Shown here: positions 58,771-64,000 of the stretch, piece after piece
Position numbering within the stretch: position 1 is the stretch's first letter
How the letters are laid out: each line of letters opens with the position of its first letter
NCBI GenBank assembly: GCA_965222715.1
Contig: OZ244961.1
Location: 268,609-332,608, forward strand
DNA length: 64,000 nt
Reading direction: 5' to 3'
Source of the DNA: Minisyncoccota bacterium
GTDB lineage: Bacteria; Patescibacteriota; Minisyncoccia; Phycocordibacterales; JABMNX01
Made by a program: the position numbers and the translations under genes
The notes under the pieces: generated by a model
The model's database searches: none
Told to the model about the DNA's origin: nothing
Seen by the model: only the letters and a program-made list of their open reading frames with translations

Positions 58771-60483
58771 CTATCTATCTGGTGGAATATCGTAATAATT
58801 AATCAAAAATTGAACTGTATCCATAAATGGTTCAGTCAATGTCTGGGAAGCATAACGCACTTCACGTGGTTCTAAAGTAAAGAAGAAAATAAGAAACTGA
58901 GGATCATACGCTGGGAAATACCCAAAGAATGAATGGAGAAACCTGTCATCATAATACCCTCGCTCTTCAGTGTTCGCAATTTGAGCAGTTCCTGTCTTTG
59001 CAGCAATAGAATAGTTATCAATTTTTACAGTACCACCCAAAAGCGCATCATCAACCACTTTTACCAACATTCTCGTTATCTCTTCTGACGTTTCTTCTTT
59101 AAGAACACGGTCTCCATCTACATATGAAATATCTTTTGAAAGACCAGTACGATATTTTATTTCTTTTCCTAGATGCGGAGTGATGAGAACACCTCCATTT
59201 GCAAGTGCAGAGAGAGCTCGTACAGTTGCGATAGGGGTGAGTGCTATTCCCTGACCAAATGATGCTGTAGCGTACTCAATCGTTCGCGGGCTTTCTAGGT
59301 TATTAACCAATCCAATACCTTCGTTCGGGAGATCAATACCAGTTTCTTCTCCAATACCAAAACTAAGCATATACTCACGAAATACGTCAGTACCCATCTC
59401 CTCTACCAAAAAAGTTACGCCAGTATTAAGTGATTGATTGAGAACCTCTTGCATTGAAACCTCTCCTCTTCCCTCGCCGTCATAGTTTGAAATAGTAGCT
59501 CGATCAAGTTCAACGTAGCCTTTATCATAGTAGGTTGTTTTTGCAGAGACAGCGCCTGAATCCAAACCAGCTGCCATGGTGAGCGGTTTAATAATTGAGC
59601 CCATTTCATACACATTTTCAACAAGCGGGTTTGAGAAAATTGAAGCGCTTTCAGCTTCTTTGAAATTATTTACATCAAACGTGGGGTTCACCCCCATCGC
59701 GTATATATCTCCAGTTTGTGGGTTAATAATGACACCTGCTGTTTGCCTTGAGCCCCATTCAGTACTAATATCCTTAAGGGTTCTTTCTAGATAAAGTTGT
59801 ACCGATGGTTCGATCGACGTCACCACATCTCCCTCTCTACTTCCATCTCTATCAAAAAGAGTTTTATTAATATTTGAAAAAATTTCAGCAAAAAAGTTTA
59901 CGTAGGTATTATTAGTACTTCGTGAAAGTGTGTCATCATAGTATCGCTCAATACCGTAGCGACCTGAAAGCTCATCACCTTGGTATGCAATAAATCCAAT
60001 ACTATGAGCACCCAATTCTCCCCCTGGGTAATATCGCCAACGCTCTTTATGTACCTGTACACCTGCGATATCAAGATCATCTATCGCAAGTCCATCTTCT
60101 TGAGAAACTCGTTTTGCTACCTCTTCATATGGATCTCCTTTTTTGTTTGCGCGAGCTAAAAAATCATCTCTATCTATTGGAGTAATTTCATGTAATTGTT
60201 CGTACACTGACTCTGGGTCTAAGATGCGATCTGGATTTATCGAGACGGTGAAACCAGTCTTGAGTGTTGCAGCAGAGACAAGTCGATTGTCTTTATCTTT
60301 AAAGAAAATTGACCCTCTATCAAAGAGGTTTTGATTAGGTCGTACGTACTGATGATCTGCTCGTGCACTAAACTCTTCGCCGTAGACAATTTGTACAAAA
60401 TACAAGCGTGTTATTAATACCAGTGCAACAAGAATTATGACTCCAAGGACAAATCTAATACGTAGTATGAAACTAGCTCTCAT
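58771..60483 (-). CDS. ftsI: penicillin-binding protein 2/3 (transpeptidase)
   Basis: N-terminal TM. SIIK (SxxK) in GSIIKPLTMAAGLD. KTGTAQ (KTG). Confidence 0.9.
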   Translation of the reverse strand: MRASFILRIRFVLGVIILVALVLITRLYFVQIVYGEEFSARADHQYVRPNQNLFDRGSIFFKDKDNRLVSAATLKTGFTVSINPDRILDPESVYEQLHEITPIDRDDFLARANKKGDPYEEVAKRVSQEDGLAIDDLDIAGVQVHKERWRYYPGGELGAHSIGFIAYQGDELSGRYGIERYYDDTLSRSTNNTYVNFFAEIFSNINKTLFDRDGSREGDVVTSIEPSVQLYLERTLKDISTEWGSRQTAGVIINPQTGDIYAMGVNPTFDVNNFKEAESASIFSNPLVENVYEMGSIIKPLTMAAGLDSGAVSAKTTYYDKGYVELDRATISNYDGEGRGEVSMQEVLNQSLNTGVTFLVEEMGTDVFREYMLSFGIGEETGIDLPNEGIGLVNNLESPRTIEYATASFGQGIALTPIATVRALSALANGGVLITPHLGKEIKYRTGLSKDISYVDGDRVLKEETSEEITRMLVKVVDDALLGGTVKIDNYSIAAKTGTAQIANTEERGYYDDRFLHSFFGYFPAYDPQFLIFFFTLEPREVRYASQTLTEPFMDTVQFLINYYDIPPDR

Positions 60484-60495
60484 CTTTCTTCATCT

Positions 60496-60831
60496 CTAAC
60501 GAACTTCATTATTTTGTGAAAGGCTTCTACCGACAAGTGTGCCTCGAGTTACAAAAATCTTCTCTGAAATTGTATCAAAGCCCTCTGCTTGGGCAAATTC
60601 CATATTGATACTATCTTTTTGAGCAAGATATGCAGACTCAAGATCACTTAAACGAGAATTTACTTCTGCTATCTGAAGTTCTGTTTCTTCACGAACAACT
60701 ACATTAACAATAGATTTACCAACAAAATATACATATAAAGAAGCAAGAGTGATAATAAGTATGAAAAAGATAAGACACAGTCGCCGTTCTATGCCATAAA
60801 GATTTTGTTGTAATGTTCGTGTGTAGGACAT
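60496..60831 (-). CDS. ftsL: FtsL-like cell division protein
   Basis: Single TM plus coiled coil. Position between rsmH and ftsI. Confidence 0.55.
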   Translation of the reverse strand: MSYTRTLQQNLYGIERRLCLIFFILIITLASLYVYFVGKSIVNVVVREETELQIAEVNSRLSDLESAYLAQKDSINMEFAQAEGFDTISEKIFVTRGTLVGRSLSQNNEVR

Positions 60832-60841
60832 GTGCGTTTGT

Positions 60842-61783
60842 TTAATTGCTGATAAATACTCGTAATTTTGCGCTTCGAGACCGAGGGTTTTCTCTGATCT
60901 CCTCCCTTGTTGGACGTATTGGTTTTCGTGGCTTCATTTCACCCCTTCCGCTTTTCTGCCACTCTTGAAACACTCTCTTTACCCTACGATCTTCAATACT
61001 GTGGAAGGTAATGACTGCAATGCGCCCCTGTGGCTTTAGAAACGAGAATGCTTTTTCAAGCGCTTCCGTAATGGCTTCAATCTCATCATTTACTGCAATA
61101 CGTAGCGCTTGAAATGTTTTTGTTGCAGGATGGATGCGTTGACGCCGGTACCACGAAGGAACTGCTTCCTCAACAATTTCTTTTAATTGAGAAGTGGTTT
61201 GTATTGGTGACACCTCCCTCTTCTCAACAAGTGCTTGAGCGATTCTCTTTGCAAACTGTTCTTCACCGTATCCGCGAAGAATTGTTGTGATGTGCTCTTC
61301 ACTCCATTCATTCACAATCTGCTGTGCGGTTACAGATCCCTCTTTCGGAGTATCAGTGAGCGTCATCAAAAGTGGCTCTTCTTTTTGGAAGCTAATTCCC
61401 CGACCGCTACTTTCTAATTGAATAGAGCTAAACCCAAGGTCAAAGAGAAATGCATCGACTGCTGATATGTTGAGCTCGGTGAGTACTCGATCGAGGTTAC
61501 GAAAATTTTCTTTTACCACATGTGTGACTGGGTGCGTCCCTGTATGTGTTGCTGAAGAAGATTTTTTAAACACTTCTTCTGCTCGAGTAATAACCTCACC
61601 ATCAACATCAAGGCCTATGAACGTACCCTCTGAACCAAGCTGAGTAAGTAGTGCGGTGCTGTGACCAAGACCCCCAAGGGTTGCATCAACAACGGTATTG
61701 CTCTCCTTAACCGCAAGTGCGTCAAGTGATTCGTGTAAAAGAACTGGATAGTGAGAAGTTGTAGGCTGTGTTCTTTGCTGCAT
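60842..61783 (-). CDS. rsmH: 16S rRNA (cytosine1402-N4)-methyltransferase
   Basis: DATLGGLGHS SAM-binding motif. Internal ATG 61783 (MQQRT...PVLLHE). Confidence 0.92.
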   Translation of the reverse strand: MQQRTQPTTSHYPVLLHESLDALAVKESNTVVDATLGGLGHSTALLTQLGSEGTFIGLDVDGEVITRAEEVFKKSSSATHTGTHPVTHVVKENFRNLDRVLTELNISAVDAFLFDLGFSSIQLESSGRGISFQKEEPLLMTLTDTPKEGSVTAQQIVNEWSEEHITTILRGYGEEQFAKRIAQALVEKREVSPIQTTSQLKEIVEEAVPSWYRRQRIHPATKTFQALRIAVNDEIEAITEALEKAFSFLKPQGRIAVITFHSIEDRRVKRVFQEWQKSGRGEMKPRKPIRPTREEIRENPRSRSAKLRVFISN

Positions 61784-61790
61784 GGTGTAA

Positions 61791-62225
61791 CTACAGAGCG
61801 CCAATCTCTCCAAGCTTTTCAGCAAGCTGATCTGCCTGCTTTTCAATACGACGCGTGTACTCACTCCACGCTTTCTCGTTCCAGATCTCAACACGGTCGT
61901 TTACTCCTGCGAAGACAACTTTTGTCTTTAAATTCGCAAAACCTTTTAAAAAATCTGGCACGAGAATACGTCCAACTGAGTCAACATCAACCTCGACTGC
62001 TCCTGAGAGCATGAAGCGGTTAAATCCTCGTGTATCCGCCTGGGCAAATGAGAGATCTTTAAGACGCTGCGCAGTCTCTTTCCATGCTTGTGGTGAATAC
62101 ATAAACAAACAATTATCGAGACCGCGTGTAATGACGACTTTTTTACCGAGTTCAGTACGAAACTTCTTCGGCAGCGAAAGCCGATTCTTTGCGTCCATTG
62201 AGTGTATGTATTCACCAATCAGCAT
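61791..62225 (-). CDS. mraZ: transcriptional regulator MraZ
   Basis: MLIGEYIHSMDAKNRLSLPKKFR aligns with the MraZ N-terminus. Second repeat VDSVGRILVP. Confidence 0.88.
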   Translation of the reverse strand: MLIGEYIHSMDAKNRLSLPKKFRTELGKKVVITRGLDNCLFMYSPQAWKETAQRLKDLSFAQADTRGFNRFMLSGAVEVDVDSVGRILVPDFLKGFANLKTKVVFAGVNDRVEIWNEKAWSEYTRRIEKQADQLAEKLGEIGAL

Positions 62226-62227
62226 AT

Positions 62228-62277
62228 TTCCCACTCTTTCCCACTACATATAAAGTATATAACACTTTCCCCCACTT
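62228..62277 (-). promoter_or_regulatory. candidate MraZ boxes (GTGGG direct repeats) in the mraZ promoter
   Basis: On the - strand GTGGG occurs at 62230-62234, 62240-62244 (10-bp register) and 62271-62275. Confidence 0.3.
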
Positions 62278-62355
62278 CTATACTATGATTATCCACAGTA
62301 CTACATTGTGTTATAGTGGCTTGAAATAGGTCTTTTTATGTAGGAGTATAAAAAT

Positions 62356-62847
62356 ATGAAGATAGCAACACTCTGTATTCCACTTACTGATACCCACGTG
62401 CTGTTGGGTAGAAAAAAGCTCCGTTTTGGGGCTGGTAAGCTAAACGGTTTTGGTGGGAAACTAAAAGAAGGAGAAACCCCTGAACAGGCAGCGGTTCGTG
62501 AATTGAATGAAGAATGTGGTATCAGATCAACTGAGGGAGATTTAGAAAAAGTTGCTGTACTACAATTCTATTTCAACAGCGATGAACCAGTTTTTCAGAT
62601 GCACACATACTTCGCTCACAAGTGGCAGGGATCTCCGCGAGAAAGTGACGAGATGACACCCCAGTGGCATAAGCGCACTGAAATCCCCTACAATGACATG
62701 TGGGATGGAGACCGTGTGTGGATGAAAGATATTTTCTCAGGCAAAAAGATTGGTGCACATGTGTACTTCATAATAGACGGCACTCCAGGAGTTGATAAAG
62801 AGGTATTTGATCGAATTGAATACGATCATTCTCTACTTCAAAACTAG
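62356..62847 (+). CDS. Nudix hydrolase (MutT-like)
   Basis: Nudix box GGKLKEGETPEQAAVRELNEECG. Confidence 0.85.
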   Translation: MKIATLCIPLTDTHVLLGRKKLRFGAGKLNGFGGKLKEGETPEQAAVRELNEECGIRSTEGDLEKVAVLQFYFNSDEPVFQMHTYFAHKWQGSPRESDEMTPQWHKRTEIPYNDMWDGDRVWMKDIFSGKKIGAHVYFIIDGTPGVDKEVFDRIEYDHSLLQN

Positions 62848-62876
62848 CCCCGTTGTTTTTACGGGGTTTTGTTTAT
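62847..62876 (+). terminator. rho-independent terminator
   Basis: GCCCCGT-tgttttt-ACGGGGTTTTGTTT. Confidence 0.65.
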
Positions 62877-62960
62877 TTGCATTCATTTGACAAATGTATA
62901 CAAAATATGATATAATTAAACTATAGAGATTAGTTCTTGATAATTGAAAAGGAGGGGGCA

Positions 62961-63590
62961 ATGAGCTCGCTTTTGATTGACACCACTGTGTATGGTCTTG
63001 ATGTACGAGTGACGCTGTTGCGCGCATTCGTCATCATGTTCAGTTTCCTTGGTTTGCTCTGGTACTTCTACCAGATCGCCAAAGGTGAACAGATACTCAT
63101 TCGTTCAGCCTGGTTCCTGATTCTCGCCCTAGATGTGGTTGGGGTCCTCAGCCAGTACAAACGAGAGGTATTCGATCCGCAGCTGACCGTCTACACGGTC
63201 GGTGCCGTCATCGTGGTGCTGTTCTCCATTAAGAACGGAGAGCCGGGGATAACCCGGACCGATAAGGTCTGTGCTGGTATCGTCCTTGTCGCGATCGTAT
63301 TCATGCTCACGATCCCGACACTCGGACTTATCGCCACCCTTACTGGTTTCACTGCGGCGACCTGGCCTCTGGTGAGTGCGGCAATCTTCAAAAAACATCG
63401 CGAAGCACTTGCCACTTGGGTGCTTATGCTCATCGGAAGCATCATCGGAATCGCCGACTGCTTGCTTTCCGGTGAGGATGGCAACCTGATAACCGTGATC
63501 TGGTTCTCTGTTATCCAGATTTCGGTGATCGCGCCGGTGATATACCATCACGGTATACCCACTTTCCGAAAGACTTCGTCGGCAGTATAA
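62961..63590 (+). CDS. hypothetical multi-TM membrane protein, strongly GC-rich (about 55-57%)
   Basis: RBS AAGGAGGGGG then ATG 62961. 6-7 TM. The sampled line 63241-63300 has 34/60 GC versus about 24/60 for core genes. Confidence 0.5.
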   Translation: MSSLLIDTTVYGLDVRVTLLRAFVIMFSFLGLLWYFYQIAKGEQILIRSAWFLILALDVVGVLSQYKREVFDPQLTVYTVGAVIVVLFSIKNGEPGITRTDKVCAGIVLVAIVFMLTIPTLGLIATLTGFTAATWPLVSAAIFKKHREALATWVLMLIGSIIGIADCLLSGEDGNLITVIWFSVIQISVIAPVIYHHGIPTFRKTSSAV

Positions 63591-63604
63591 ACACAGCTGA
63601 CGAC

Positions 63605-63640
63605 AAGGCTGCACAGCACACGTGCAGCCTTTTCTTTTTA
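63605..63640 (+). terminator. rho-independent terminator
   Basis: GGCTGCAC-agcaca-GTGCAGCC then TTTTCTTTTT. Confidence 0.65.
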
Positions 63641-64000
63641 TTTACTCATCCTATAAACAACTCTTTGTAAACTAAGTTTAATAAATTCTACAGAAAACCA
63701 TTTTTATTTAAGTTTTCGATATTTAATTGATTTAGGTTCTAAATCTCCATCTAATATTTATAATTTGCTTTATTACACCAAATTAGTATCATTTAGAAAG
63801 AGTATAATGGGTCGAATTTAAAACCCCTAAATTTATTTTACTTTATGAATAAAAAAGATCAGGGCGCTATAAGGTTTAATATCAAAGAGATTAAGACTCC
63901 CCTTATGGCCTTAAAACAAGGGTGTACGGCAGTCTTCGATATTAAAAAGAATAAATAAGAATTCTCTATAAAATACTCTATCCAAAAGGATGGGGTATTT

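Noticed and set aside
63129-63614. 161-aa - strand ORF antisense to the GC-rich membrane protein
   Set aside because: The + strand ORF has a perfect RBS and TM topology. The - strand frame is a GC-rich artefact.
63845-63958. 37-aa ORF in the AT-rich tail
   Set aside because: No RBS, extreme AT content, too short to support.
1-64000. CRISPR array, rRNA genes, transposase or integrase
   Set aside because: The whole window was scanned for regularly spaced direct repeats and for characteristic IS, integrase or rRNA sequence. None were found.

Overview
This 64 kb window reads like a small-genome, roughly 40% GC bacterium of the Candidate Phyla Radiation (Patescibacteria) type, using the standard genetic code. 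All compositional statements are by-eye estimates from 60-nt lines (about 40% GC background), not computed values.

Most of the window is conserved core:
- a base-damage repair cluster: Cas4/RecB-like Fe-S nuclease, NADAR, MGMT, convergent ung;
- a stand-alone (p)ppGpp-hydrolase-type HD protein, M3 oligoendopeptidase, a prephenate-dehydratase domain protein, and a short AlaRS lacking the C-Ala domain;
- the infA-rpmJ-rpsM-rpsK-rpsD-rpoA-rplQ block plus rplM-rpsI;
- grpE-dnaK-dnaJ;
- an orphan multi-TM histidine kinase;
- trpS, archaeal-type aspS, pepA, scpAB;
- a split cell-wall/division set: dacA-like, mraY, ftsW, murG on the + strand; mraZ-rsmH-ftsL-ftsI-murF on the - strand;
- gltX, an M23 peptidase, corA, cysS, dnaB, recR;
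- rpmA, rplI, rplU, ctpA, rmuC, a P-type ATPase, yqeY, a CaCA exchanger, 3-methyladenine glycosylase and a Nudix hydrolase.

Accessory or atypical content:
- an AT-rich islet (about 25% GC, ~35.5-37.2 kb) encoding a DUF3800 protein plus a divergent small Zn-ribbon protein;
- several GC-rich inserts (about 50-57% GC) with their own promoters and terminators: 19268-19993, 53917-55016 (an overlapping 118-aa + 56-aa acidic pair plus a 147-aa ORF), 56984-57370 and 62961-63590;
- tRNA-Glu(CUC) on the - strand at 56799-56870, with a 16-nt direct repeat of its 3' end 158 bp downstream, which looks like an att-site scar;
- a 57-aa DnaJ-type zinc-finger miniprotein that the ORF track missed (39842-40015);
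- an alphaproteobacterial-type Usg-like protein;
- a candidate structured RNA leader upstream of alaS;
- many clear intrinsic terminators, two of which share a nearly identical hairpin sequence.

No CRISPR array, rRNA, transposase or integrase is visible in the window.
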